From positions 1 through 60,988 of the forward strand of contig NW_021832141.1 of NCBI RefSeq assembly GCF_006345805.1: a DNA stretch of 60,988 nucleotides, in the 5' to 3' direction. Below the pieces are notes generated by a model. The model saw only the letters and a program-made list of their open reading frames with translations, did not search any database and was not told the DNA's origin. This DNA is from Octopus sinensis (Eukaryota). The position numbers and the translations under genes are program-made. The first letter of the stretch is position 1. Every line of letters starts with the position of its first letter. This document shows, piece by piece, positions 22,254 to 35,172 of the stretch.

Positions 22254-22463
22254 ATATATATAATATACACATATATATGACGGGCTTCTTTCAGTTTCCG
22301 TCAGTTTCCACTTATAAGGCTTTGGTCGGCCCGAGGCTATAGTAGAAGACACTTGCCCAAGGTGCCACGCAGTGGGACTGCGGAATTACTACTATTTGCG
22401 GTTGAAGCCCTGGCTGCTTCTTCTAGGGGGTCGAACGGCCTATTATGGCCGTTCCTCAATTTG

Positions 22464-22508
<45 letters not shown>

Positions 22509-22592
22509 GTTGTGTGTGTTGTGTTTGTCCCCCTAGCATTGCTTGACAACCGATGCTGGTGTGTTTATGTCCCCGTCATTTAGCGGTTCGGC

Positions 22593-25500
22593 AAAAGAGA
22601 AACCGATAGAATAAGTACTGGGCTTACAAAGAATAAGTTCCGGGGTCGAGTTGCTCGACTAAAGGCGGTGCTCCAGCATGGCCGCAGTCAAATGACTGAA
22701 ACAAGTAAAAGAGACCGATAGAATAAGTACTGGGCTTACAAAGAATAAGTCCCGGGGTCGATTTGCTCGATTGACTAAAGGCGGTGCTCCAGCATGGCCA
22801 CAGTCAAATGACTGAAACAAGTAAAAGAGACCAATAGAATAAGTACTAGGCTTACAAAGAATAAGTCCCGGGGTCGAGTTGCTCGACTAAAGGCGGTGCT
22901 CCAGCATGGCCACAGTCAAATGACTGAAACAAGTAAAAGAGACCAATAGAATAAGTACTAGGCTTACAAAGAATAAGTCCCGGGGTCGAGTTGCTCGACT
23001 AAAGGCGGTGCTCCAGCATGGCCGCAGTCAAATGACTGAAACAAGTAAAAGAGACCGATAGAATAAGTACTGGGCTTACAAAGAATAAGTCCTGGGGTCG
23101 ATTTGCTCGACTAAAATGCGGTGCTCCAGCATGGCCGCAGTCAAATGACTGAAACAAGTAAAAGAGACCGATAGAATAAGTACTAGGCTTACAAAGAATA
23201 AGTGCTGGGGTCGATTTGCTTGACTAAAGGCGGTGCTCCAGCATGGCCGCAGTCAAATGACTGAAACAAGTAAAAGAGACCGATAGAATAAGTACTAGGC
23301 TTACAAAGAATAAGTCCCGGGGTCGATTTGCTTGACTAAAGGCGGTGCTCCAGCATGGCCGCAGTCAAATGACTGAAACAAGTAAAAGAGACCGATAGAA
23401 TAAGTACTAGGCTTACAAAGAATAAGTGCTGGGGTCGATTTGCTTGACTAAAGGCGGTGCTCCAGCATGGCCGCAGTCAAATGACTGAAACAAGTAAAAG
23501 AGACCGATAGAATAAGTACTGGGCTTACAAAGAATAAGTCCCGGGGTCGAGTTGCTCGACTAAAGGCGGTGCTCCAGCATGGCCACAGTCAAATGACTGA
23601 AACAAGTAAAAGAGACCGATAGAATAAGTACTAGGCTTACAAAGAATAAGTCCTGGGGTCGATTTGCTCGACTAAAGGCGGTGCTCCAGCATGGCCACAG
23701 TCAAATGACTGAAACAAGTAAAAGAGACCGATAGAATAAGTACTAGGCTTACAAAGAATAAGTCCCGGGGTCGATTTGCTCGACTAAAGGCGGTGCTCCA
23801 GCATGGCACAGTCAAATGACTGAAAAAGTAAAAGAGACCGATAGAATAGTACTGGGCTTACAAAGAATAAGTCCCGGGGTCGAGTTGCTCGACTAAAGGC
23901 GGTGCTCCAGCATGGCCACAGTCAAATGACTGAAACAAGTAAAAGAGACCGATAGAATAAGTACTAGGCTTACAAAGAATAAGTCCTGGGGTCGATTTGC
24001 TCGACTAAAGGCGGTGCTGCAGCATGGCCACAGTCAAATGACTGAAACAAGTAAAAGAGACCGATAGAATAAGTACTGGGCTTACAAAGAATAAGTCCCG
24101 GGGTCGATTTGCTCGACTAAAGGCGGTGCTCCAGCATGGCCACAGTCAAATGACTGAAACAAGTAAAAGAGACCGATAGAATAAGTACTGGGCTTACAAA
24201 GAATAAGTCCCGGGGTCGATTTGCTCGACTAAAGGCGGTGCTCCAGCATGGCCACAGTCAAATGACTGAAACAAGTAAAAGAGACCGATAGAATAAGTAC
24301 TAGGCTTACAAAGAATAAGTCCTGGGGTCGATTTGCTCGACTAAAGGCGGTGCTCCAGCATGGCCACAGTCAAATGACTGAAACAAGTAAAAGAGACCGA
24401 TAGAATAAGTACTGGGCTTACAAAGAATAAGTCCTGGGGTCGATTTGCTCGACTAAAGGCGGTGCTCCAGCATGGCCACAGTCAATGACTGAAACAAGTA
24501 AAAGAGACCGATATAGAATAAGTACTGGGCTTACAAAGAATAAGTCCTGGGGTCGATTTGCTCGACTAAAGGCGGTGCCCCAGCATGGCCACAGTCAAAT
24601 GACTGAAACAAGTAAAAGAGACCGATGTAGAATAAGTACTAGGCTTACAAAAGAATAAGTCCGGGGTCGAGTTGCTCGATTAGAAGGCGATGCTCCAGCA
24701 TGGCCACAGTCAAATGACTGAAACAAGTAAAAGAGACCGATAGAATATAGAATAAGTACTGGGCTTACAAAGAATAAGTCCTGGGGTCGATTTGCTCGAC
24801 TAAAGGCGGTGCTCCAGCATGGCCACAGTCAAATGACTGAAACAAGTAAAAGAGACCGATAGAATAAGTACTAGGCTTACAAAAGAATAAGTCCCGGGGT
24901 CGATTTGCTCGACTAAAGGCGGTGCTCCAGCATGGCCACAGTCAAATGATGAAACAAGTAAAGAGACCGATAGAATAAGTACTAGGCTTACAAAGAATAA
25001 GTCCCGGGGTCGATTTGCTCGACTAAAGGCGGTGCTCCAGCATGGCCACAGTCAAATGACTGAAACAAGTAAAAGAGACCGATAGAATAAGTACTAGGCT
25101 TACAAAGAATAAGTCCTGGGGTCGATTTGCTCGACTAAAGGCGGTGCTCCAGCATGGCCGCAGTCAAATGACTGAAACAAGTAAAAGAGACCGATAGAAT
25201 AAGTACTAGGCTTACAAAGAATAAGTCCCGGGGTCGATTTGCTCGATTAGAAGGCGATGCTCCAGCATGGCCGCAGTCAAATGACTGAAACAAGTAAAAG
25301 AGACCGATAGAATAAGTACTAGGCTTACAAAGAATAAGTCCTGGGGTCGATTTGCTCGACTAAAGGCGGTGCTCCAGCATGGCCACAGTCAAATGACTGA
25401 AACAAGTAAAAGAGACCGATAGAATAAGTACTAGGCTTACAAAAGAATAAGTCCCGGGGTCGATTTGCTCGATTAGAAGGCGATGCTCCAGCATGGCCGC

Positions 25501-26770
25501 AGTCAAATGACTGAAACAAGTAAAAGAGACCGATAGAATAAGTACTAGGCTTACAAAGAATAAGTCCTGGGGTCGATTTGCTCGACTAAAGGCGGTGCTC
25601 CAGCATGGCCGCAGTCAAATGACTGAAACAAGTAAAAGAGAGACCGATAGAATAAGTACTAGGCTTACAAAAGAATAAGTCCCGGGGTCGATTTGCTCGA
25701 TTAGAAGGCGATGCTCCAGCATGGCCGCAGTCAAATGACTGAAACAAGTAAAAGAGACCGATAGAATAAGTACTAGGCTTACAAAGAATAAGTCCTGGGG
25801 TTGATATGATTGACTAAAAGGCAATGCTCCAGCATGGCCACAGTCAATTGACTGAAACAAGTAAAAGAGAACGATAGAATAAGTACTAGGCTCCAAAGAA
25901 TAAGTCCTGGGGTCGATTTGCTCGATTAGAAGGCGATGCTCAGCATGGCCGCAGTCAAATGACTGAAACAAGTAAAAAGAGACTGATAGAATAAGTACTA
26001 GGCTTACAAAGATAAGTCCTGGGGTCGATTTGCTCGACTAAAGGCGGTGCTCCAGCATGGCCGCAGTCAAATGACTGAAACAAGTAAAGAGGACCGATAG
26101 AATAAGTACTAGGCTTACAAAGAATAAGTCCCGGGGTCGATTTGCTCGATTGACTAAAGGTGGTGCTCCAGCATGGCCACAGTCAAATGACTGAAACAAG
26201 TAAAAGAGACCGATAGAATAAGTACGGGCTTACAAAGAATAAGTCCCGGGGTCGAGTTGCTCGACTAAAGGCGGTGCTCCAGCATGGCCGCAGTCAAATG
26301 ACTGGAAACAAGTAAAAGAGACCGATAGAATAAGTACTGGGCTTACAAAGAATAAGTCCTGGGGTCGATTTGCTCGACTAAAGGCGGTGCTCCAGCATGG
26401 CCGCAGTCAAATGACTGAAACAAGTAAAAGAGACCAATAGAATAAGTACTGGGCTTACAAAGAATAAGTCCCGGGGTCGAGTTGCTCGACTAAAGGTGGT
26501 GCTCCAGCATGGCCACAGTCAAATGACTGAAACAAGTAAAAGAGACCGATAGAATAAGTACTGGGCTTACAAAGAATAAGTGCTGGGGTCGATTTGCTCG
26601 ACTAAAGGCGGTGCTCCAGCATGGCCACAGTCAAATGACTGAAACAAGTAAAAGAGACCGATAGAATAAGTACTGGGCTTACAAAGAATAAGTGCTGGGG
26701 TCGAGTTGCTCGACTAAAGGCGGTGCTCCAGCATGGCCGCAGTCAAATGACTGAAACAAGTGAAAGAGAG
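22593..26770 (+). repeat. tandem array of the SINE A 3' tail, about 112 bp x about 37
   Basis: Same unit, mostly lacking a 4-bp insertion; preceded by a SINE A body at 22500-22592. Confidence 0.95.
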
Positions 26771-29700
26771 AGAGAGAGTAAAAGTGAATCTGGTAGCATT
26801 GAAAGTTTAGTGGGGATTAAAGTTGCTGTAATTAAGTTAGCAATAATTACTTTTAGCTGTGTAATAATTAATTAGCGTGTTATTAGTTAGTTTAGTTCTG
26901 TGGTAATTAATCAATTCATTAATTAGTCCAACGATGAATGGAGTCAGAGGTCGGAGTTAAATTATAGGTGCTGAGTTGTACTATTATTATTACTACCATC
27001 ACCACCACCACCACCACCATCACCACCACAATCACCAACATCACCACCACTATAACAACCACCACCACCACCACCATCGCCACCATCACCACCACCACCA
27101 CCACCACCACCGTCACCAGCATCACCACCACTATAACAACCACTACCATCACCACCACCATCAGCACCACTATAACCAGCATCACCACCAGCACCAGCAT
27201 CACCACAATCACCATCCACCATCACCACCATCCACCATCCACCCACCCACTCACCCATACTGCTACCAATGTCTGTCTACCTATAAACATTGCCACCACC
27301 ATTCACCCATACCATGATGACCATCTGCTCATACTACTACCACCATCCGTCTATTCTCACCACTACCGTTGTCTGTCTATCCATACCACCACCTCCATCC
27401 ATCTATGCCACAACCACCATCTATCCATACCACTATCACTTTCTACACCATCACCACTGCCACCATCCGCCCATACCATTATGACCATCAGCATACCATT
27501 ACCACCATTCATCCATCCATACCACTGTATTTCTACCTATACCACTGCCACCATCCATCTTTGTATACCACTATTACCATCTATATCACCACCACCACAA
27601 TCCACCCATACCATGAACATCTCATACCACTACTACCATCCATCCATCCATACCACTACCACTGTCTACTCATGCCATTGCCACCATCCATCTTTGCTAC
27701 CACCACCACCTTTACCATCCACCCATACCATGATAGTCATCTGCTCATACCACTACCACCATCCATCCATCCATCCAGACCACTACCACTCTGTGCATAC
27801 CATTACCGCTGTTTATGCCATACCACAATCTATCTATACCATCATCATCTACACTACCACCACCACCACCACTGCCATGACGACCAGCTGTTCATACCCC
27901 TCCCACCATACAACCTCACCGTTTCTACCACTCTTCTGTCTCTCCATCTACCCATACCACTACCACCATCTGACCATACCACTGCCACTATCCAACTGTC
28001 CATTCATCCATCCACCCTACTCAGTCATCCACCCAATCAGTCCTCGCTTCCACCTCCGCATACACAGAATCACTAACCTTACAGACAATACCATCCTACC
28101 ACTATACCATGCTGCTCCATATCATACCATACCATACCATACCATTCTTTACCACTCCCTTTTAATCTATCAGTGCTTCTACCTCTCCTAACTTGCCTGC
28201 TTCAATCTAATGTATTTCTGTTTTCCTCTATTTCTGTTTTCTGCCATTTCTGTTTTCTGCCATTTCTGTTTTCTGCCATTTCTGTTTTCTGCTATTTCTG
28301 TTTTTCCACTGCTTTATCCTGTCTATAACTTGCTGTATCGAGTTATTTCAGTTTTTTCTCTCTGGCTTTCATTCTTATTTCCTTTTGCTTTTGATTTTTG
28401 CCATACCTGTTTTCTCTCACTAATTCAGTTTTTCCCCTGTTATTTCTGTTTTTCCACTTGCTTTATCCTGTTTATTTCTCGCTATATTTAGTGATTTCAG
28501 TTTTTTTTTTTCCTCTGGCTTTTATTCATATTTGCTTTCGTTATTTCTGTTTTTATTTATTTATTTATTGCATGTTTGTTTATATTTATATATATATATA
28601 TTTTTATGATTTTATTATATCTGTTTCTTGCTGTTATGCATGTTTTGCTGTTTTTCTTACAGCAGTTTTATTACATTCAATTTTTAAAAAAATTGTTGCT
28701 TATGTTTGTTTCATTGGTCGTGTTTATTTCTGTCTTTAATACATGTATTCTGTCACTATATCTGTTTTTGTTGCTGTATTTGTTTTTATTTCTGTATGTT
28801 TTGTCTATCTTGTGTTTTTTTTATTTCTGTTTGTGTTATTGCATGCAATATATTATTTCTGTTTTCACAACTCTCTCATTTCTGTTTTTTTTTCAAGCAC
28901 TAAACAGTTCTGTTTTCCCTCTAATGTACTCAGCATTTCTGTTTGTCCCTAACCCTCAGCATTTCTGTTTTTCCCTAACCCTCAGCATTTCTGTTTTTCA
29001 CAAGCTTCATTTGTTATTTTTTAATATAGTTTTCTTTTGCTCTTTATCTAGTTTTATTTATTTCTGTTTTATATATACATTTTCTCTCTCGCTCTTCTTT
29101 CCCTTTTTGCTTACACCTCATAATTGCCTCTCTCTGCTTCCTTCTTTTTACAACTTATTTGACCCCACCACCATGTTTGCAAGATAAATTACTGCAGTAA
29201 TCATCATCATCATCGTTTAACGTCTGCTTTCCATGCTAGCATGGGTTAGACGATTTTGACTGAGGGCTAGCAAACCAGGTGGTTACACCAGTCTCCAATC
29301 TTGATTTGGCAGAGTTTCTACAGCTGGATGCCCTTCCTAATGCCAACCATTCTGAGAGTGTAGTGGGTGCTTTATATATATATATATATCATCATCATCA
29401 TTGTTTAACGTCTGCTGTCCATGCTAGCATGGGTTGGACGATTTTGACTGAGGGCTGGCAAACCAGATGGTTGCACCAGTCTCCAATCTTGATTTGGCAG
29501 AGTTTCTACAGCTGGATGCCCTTCCTAATGCCAACCACTCCGAGAGTGTAGTGGGTGCTTTTACATGCCACAGGCATGGGGGCCAGTCAGGCGGTACTGG
29601 CAACGGTCATGGAAAAATCCTTTTACACATGCCACCAGCACAGGTGCCAGTAAGGCGACGCTGGTAATGATAACGCTCGAATGGTGCCCTTTAAATCCCA

Positions 29701-30917
29701 CTGGCACGGAAGTCAGTTGGCTGCCCTGGCAACGATCATACTTGGATGGTGCTCTTGGCGGCGAGCTGGCAGAAACGTTAGCACGCCGGGTGAAATGCAT
29801 AGCCATATTTCGTCTGCCGTTGCGTTCTGAGTTCAAATTCCGCCAAGGTCGACTTTGCCTTTCATCCTTTCAGAGTCGATTAAATAAGTACCAGTTACGC
29901 ACTGGAGTCGATATAATTGACTTAATCCATTTGTCTGTCCTTGTTTGTCCTCTCTGTGTTTAGCCCCTTGTGGATAGTAAAGAAATAGGTGCTCTTGGCA
30001 CCCTACTAGCACGGGCACAAGTGCCAGTAAGGCGACGCTGGTAACGATCATGCTCGAATGGTGTCTTTTAAATGCCACTGGCATGGAAGCCGGTTAGCCG
30101 CTCTGTCAATGATCACACTCGTATGGTGCTCTTTGCACCCTGCCAGCACGGACGCCAGTCATCGAATTTGATTTCGATTTCACTTGCCTCAAGAGGTCTT
30201 AGCAAGCAGAGTTTTAGTGACCAAGGAAGGAAAAGGTTACATACAAGTGGGCAGTAATAATAATAATAATAATAATAGGTGCAGGAGTGGCTGTGTGGTA
30301 AGTAGCTTGTTTACCAACCACATGGTTCCGGGTTCAGTTCCACTGCGTGGCACCTTGGGCAAGTGTCTTCTACTATAGCCTCAGGCCGACCAAAGCCCTG
30401 TGAGTGGATTTGGTAGACGGAAACTGAAAGAAGCCCGTCGTATATATGTATATATATATGAGTGTATGTGTGTCTGTGTTTGTCCCCCTAGCATTGCTTG
30501 ACAACCGATGCTGGTGTGTTTATGTCCCCGTTACTTAGCGGTTCAGCAAAAGAGACCGATAGAATAAGTACTGGGCTTGCAAAAGAATAAGTTCCGGGAT
30601 CGAATTGCTCGATTAAAGGCGGTGCTCCAGCATGGCCGCAGTCAAATGACTGAAACAAGTAAAAGAGTAAAAGAGTAATAATAATAATAATAGGGCGGCG
30701 AGCTGGCAGAAACGTTAGCATGCCGGGCAAAATGCTTGACCGTATTTCTTCTGCCGTTACGTTCTGAGTTCAAATTCCGCCGAGGTCGACTTTGCCTTTC
30801 ATCCTTTCGGGGTCGATTAATTAAGTACCAGTTACGCCGCACTGAGGTCGGTGTTATCGACTTATTCCCTTTGTTTGTCCCCTCTACGTTTAGCCCCTTG
30901 TGGGCAATAAAGAAATA

Positions 30918-30954
<37 letters not shown>

Positions 30955-31455
30955 TTCCTCATTCTTTGCTTTCTGTCCTTAATATTTAACTTGGGATGGG
31001 AATTCAAATTTTGTTGTTTTTTTTTTACATTTTTGTTTCCTTTTCTTGTTCCTTTTTTTTGAAATTCTTGTTTATTTTTATTGCTTTCTTTTTATTATTT
31101 TTATTCCATTTTTTTTCTTGAATTAAAAAAAAAAGTAGAATTACTCTTCCCTTTGTAGTATTTTTCGATATTTTCTCAATTTTTCTTCTTTTGTTTTTAG
31201 CTTGTTTTATTGAGTTAACCCACAATTAAGTTAGATTTCGGGTGTTCATTGTACTTCCTTGACGGTCAACAGGTGTGGTCACCATTCCTTAAATGTGTAT
31301 TTCCCCATGTAGTTTTTTTTATCAGAGCTGCAGTTCTAGGTAAAACAGAGACTGAGAGATGGCGTTTGGAAAGTGGAATGTCTTTAAGTGCACACAGCCC
31401 TCAGACAATTGGGCAGTGTGATCGGTGGAATGTTCACTTTAGTTTTTATAGAGGA

Positions 31456-32061
31456 CTAGCAGTATCGCCCGGCGTTGCTCGGGTTTGTAAGGGAAATAAC
31501 TATATAAGCATTTTTAGAGAGTTACTTCCCTTATATAACCCAAGCAAAAATCATTAAAGATGCGGAAAAATGATGGTAAATTTTTTTTTAAATCGTAGAC
31601 TCATCGTAGACGCGCGCTAATACCCAGAAGGGCTCGATATGAATCACGACTATAAGATACCCGGTTTTGGTTAAACTGCACTGCAAAATGTGGGAGTAGT
31701 TAGGAATCTAAATCGGAGGAGACAGACACACAACTTGACTTTTATATATAAAGACTAGCAGTATCGCCCGGCGTTGCTCGGGTTTGTAAGGGAAATAACT
31801 ATATAAGCATTTTTAGAGAGTTACTTCCCTTATATAACCCAAGCAAAAATCATTAAAGATGCGGAAAAATGATGGTAAATTTTTTTTTAAATCGTAGACT
31901 CATCGTAGACGCGCGCTAATACCCAGAAGGGCTCGATATGAATCACGACTATAAGATACCCGGTTTTGGTTAAACTGCACTGCAAAATGTGGGAGTAGTT
32001 AGGAATCTAAATCAGAGGAGACAGAGTCTCACACACACAACTTCAATTTTATATATAAAGA
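31456..32061 (-). mobile_element. non-autonomous Helitron, head-to-tail dimer
   Basis: Each unit runs 5'-TCTTTATATATAAAA...CCCGAGCAACGCCGGG (hairpin)...CTAG-3'. Junction is CTAG|TC at 31755/31754; the outer flanks give an A|T target. Confidence 0.85.
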
Positions 32062-32682
32062 TTTGTGGAGGAAAAGTGCAACAATGTTCTTTGGGAGAGC
32101 TTGGGGGTTGAAGATCAACTAGGCGCTCTTTACTGGAAAAATTTTGGCTAGGGACCAATGGATAACTTCTAAAAATCTTTGGCTTGGCAGTGCTACTGGG
32201 GAGCTTTGCCTGTCTTTGTTTGTTCCCTCTATGTTTAGCCCCTTGTGGGCAATAAAGAAATAAGAAATGTTAGCACGTTGGGTGAAATGCTTCGCAATAT
32301 TTCGTCTGTCTTTACATTCTGAGTTCAAATTCCATCGAGGTTGACTTTACCTTTCATCCTTTTGGGGTCGATAAATTAAGTAACAGATACGTACTGGGGT
32401 CGATGTAATCGACTTCATCCCTTTGTCTGTCCTTGTTTGTCCCCTCTGTGTTTAGCCCCTTGTGGGCAATAAAGAAATAAGAAACGTTAGCATGGTGGGC
32501 GAAATGCTTAGCGGTATTTCGTCTGTCGTTACATTCTGAGTTCAAATTCCGCGAGGTCGACTTTGCCTTTCATCCTTTCGGGGTCAATAAATTAAGTACC
32601 TATTGCATACTGGGTTTGATCTAATAGACTGGGCCCCTCTCCCAAAATTTTGGGCCATGTGCCTAGAGTAGAAAAGAATATA

Positions 32683-32928
32683 TGAAGTGGTATCGAAATG
32701 TTCCTTGACTAGTTCTGTAACACACCAACAGATGGCAGCACATGATTGCGTGCGCTATGAGAACTAGCAGTGACTTTAATGAGGCACTGTGCCACGTGGC
32801 AGGAACACCGGAACTGGTGTATTGTTGCGCAAGGGGACAATTTCAAAGGGGATAATGTTAAAACTTAGGTAAATAAGTTGTTTGTTATTCAACATAACAA
32901 GTCCTAGAACGTTTTGGATACCACCTCG
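32683..32928. mobile_element. Tc1/mariner-type MITE
   Basis: Imperfect TIRs (TGAAGTGGTATCGAAATGTTCC and the reverse complement of GAACGTTTTGGATACCACCTCG) flanked by TA at 32681 and 32929. Confidence 0.6.
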
Positions 32929-33099
32929 TATGTACAAGTTTTTAATTAATACAGGTAATTACCTTGCTCGTTAGGTTAAAAGAATTCCATGTTTATAATT
33001 ATATCTCAGTATAACGTTTCTAAATGCATTTATTTATTTTTCTCGTTATCTTTCATGTGCCCGCTTCACCACCATGACCACCACCACCTCTGACTACAG

Positions 33100-33265
33100 A
33101 ATACTGCGTAACATGAGTTCGTCCTCACTGCAGGACTTTGAGGTTCAACATTCCAGTCCTTATAGCACCATGTCGAAAAGCGCCCAGACAATACCAAGGC
33201 TTGGTTCTGTTCACGCAGAATTTGTTGGTCTGTGTTTGCCGGTCGACATAAACATGTTATTTGAG
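33100..33265 (+). CDS. RICTOR: RICTOR exon (ILRNMSSSSLQ...EFVGLCLPVDINMLFE)
   Basis: Acceptor gactacag, donor GAG|GTAAGT; GLCLPVDIN matches vertebrate GLALPVDIN. Confidence 0.9.
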
Positions 33266-33448
33266 GTAAGTTGGTTTGTAAAAAATTCATTCCACTTCTC
33301 TCCTCCCATAATCTAACCTTTGTCCCACCCCTCTCCCCCATGGTACTGTTGTTGTTGTTGGTGGTGGTGGTGATATTGTTGTTTGACCCTATATGTTTTC
33401 AAACTTGATCAAGCAGGCATAGGAATGGCTGTGTGGTAAGTAGCTTGT

Positions 33449-34222
33449 GGCAAGCTGGCAGAAACGTTAGCATGTTGGGCGAAATACTTAGCAGTATTTC
33501 GTCTGCTGTTACGCTCTGAGTTCAAATTCTGCCGAGGTCGACTTTGCCTTTCATCCTTTCAGGGTCGATTAAATAATTACCAGTTACGCGCTGGGGTCGA
33601 TATAATCGACTTAATCCCTTTGTCTGTCCTTGTTTGTCCTCTCTGTGTTTAGCCCCTTGTAGGGTAGTAAAGAAATAGGTATTTCGTCTGCCGTTACGTT
33701 CTGAGTTCAAATTCCGCCGAGGTCGACTTTGCCTTTCATCCTTTCGGGATCGATAAATTAAGAACCAGTTACGCTCTGGGGTCAATATAATCGATTTAAT
33801 CCCTTTGTCTGTCCTTGTTTGCCCTCTCTATGTTTAGCCCCTGTGGGTAGTAAAGAAATAGGTATTTCATCTGCCGTTACGTTCTGTCAAATTCTGCCGA
33901 GGTCGACTTTGCTTTTCATCCTTTCAGGGTTGATTAAATAAGTACCAGTTATGCTCTGGAGTCGATATAATCAACTTAATCCCTTTGTCTGTCCTTATTT
34001 GTCCTCTCTGTGTTTAGCCTCTGTGGGTAGTAAAGAAATAGGTATTTCGTCTGACGTTACGTTCTGAGTTCAAATTCTGTTGAGGTCGACTTTGCCTTTC
34101 ATCCTTTCGGGGTCGATTAAATAAGTACCAGTTACACACTGGGGGTTGATCTAATTGACTTAATCCCTTTGTCTGCCCTTGTTTGTCCCCTCTGTTTAGC
34201 CCCTTGTGAGTAGTAAAGAAAT
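33449..34222 (+). repeat. SINE B with three extra tandem copies of its body (about 182 bp)
   Basis: Units restart at GTATTTC near 33679, 33861 and 34041, each directly after AAGAAATAG. Confidence 0.85.
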
Positions 34223-34735
34223 AAGTAGCTTGTTTACCAACCACATGGGTCCGGGTTCAGTCCCACTGCGTGGCACCTTGGGCAAGTGTCTTCTACTATA
34301 GCCTCGGGCCGACCAAAGCCTTGTGAATTCAGTGGAATTTGATCTCGGAATGTGAAAGGTAAAATATCTCTCAGCGTTTTGCCCAGTCTGCTAACGATTC
34401 TGCTAATGATTGAACCACACAGTTTGAATATTGATTTGATTTTGATTTTTCCAGTTTCAGCTAATGAGCTGTGGCCATGCTGGGGCACCGCCATTGTGTT
34501 TTGTTATGGACATGACTGACCATTCCATGGGAGAATCATCTGGAATGGAACCGGTCTGTGGTACCAAAAAAAAAAAAATATTAAAAAGTTTTGGGACTGT
34601 TGCTGTAAATGATGAAGGGCACTGATCTGATAACTGACTGGCTCCCTCCAGCAGGGAATCCATCACCCCTTGTATTTGAATTATCCCACATACCCCAACC
34701 CCAAACTGACCCCTATCTTTGTTGTTTTTTCACAG

Positions 34736-34823
34736 GTTGTTGAAGGTGAAGATCGTCGCAGCAACTCCATGTCATCCACCCATTCACCACCCACCGATAG
34801 GAAATCCACGACAAAACCCTCAG
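34736..34823 (+). CDS. RICTOR: RICTOR exon (VVEGEDRRSNSMSSTHSPPTDRKSTTKPS)
   Basis: Strong acceptor ttttttcacag, donor CAG|GTAGGT; phase 0/1 fits both neighbours. Confidence 0.8.
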
Positions 34824-35128
34824 GTAGGTTACAGCAAGGTTACAGGTTCAATTCTCAGGTATGGGTGCTACTGACATTTTTTTGAAGGGAGGGTTACTCT
34901 TTACTCTTTACTATTTACTCTTTTACTTGTTTCAGTCATTTGACTGGGGCCATGCTGGAGCACCGCCTTTAGTCGAGCAAATCAACCCCGGGACTTATTC
35001 TTTGTAAGCTCAGTACTTATTTTATCGGTCTCTTTGCCGAACCGCTAAGTTACGGGGACGTAAACACACCAGCATCGCTTGTCAAGCAATGCTAAGGGGA
35101 CAAACACAGACACACAAACACATACACG

Positions 35129-35172
<44 letters not shown>

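Noticed and set aside
12644-26770. SINE-tail arrays as CRISPR arrays
   Set aside because: The units are wholly repeated with no unique spacers, there are no cas genes, and the context is a eukaryotic intron.
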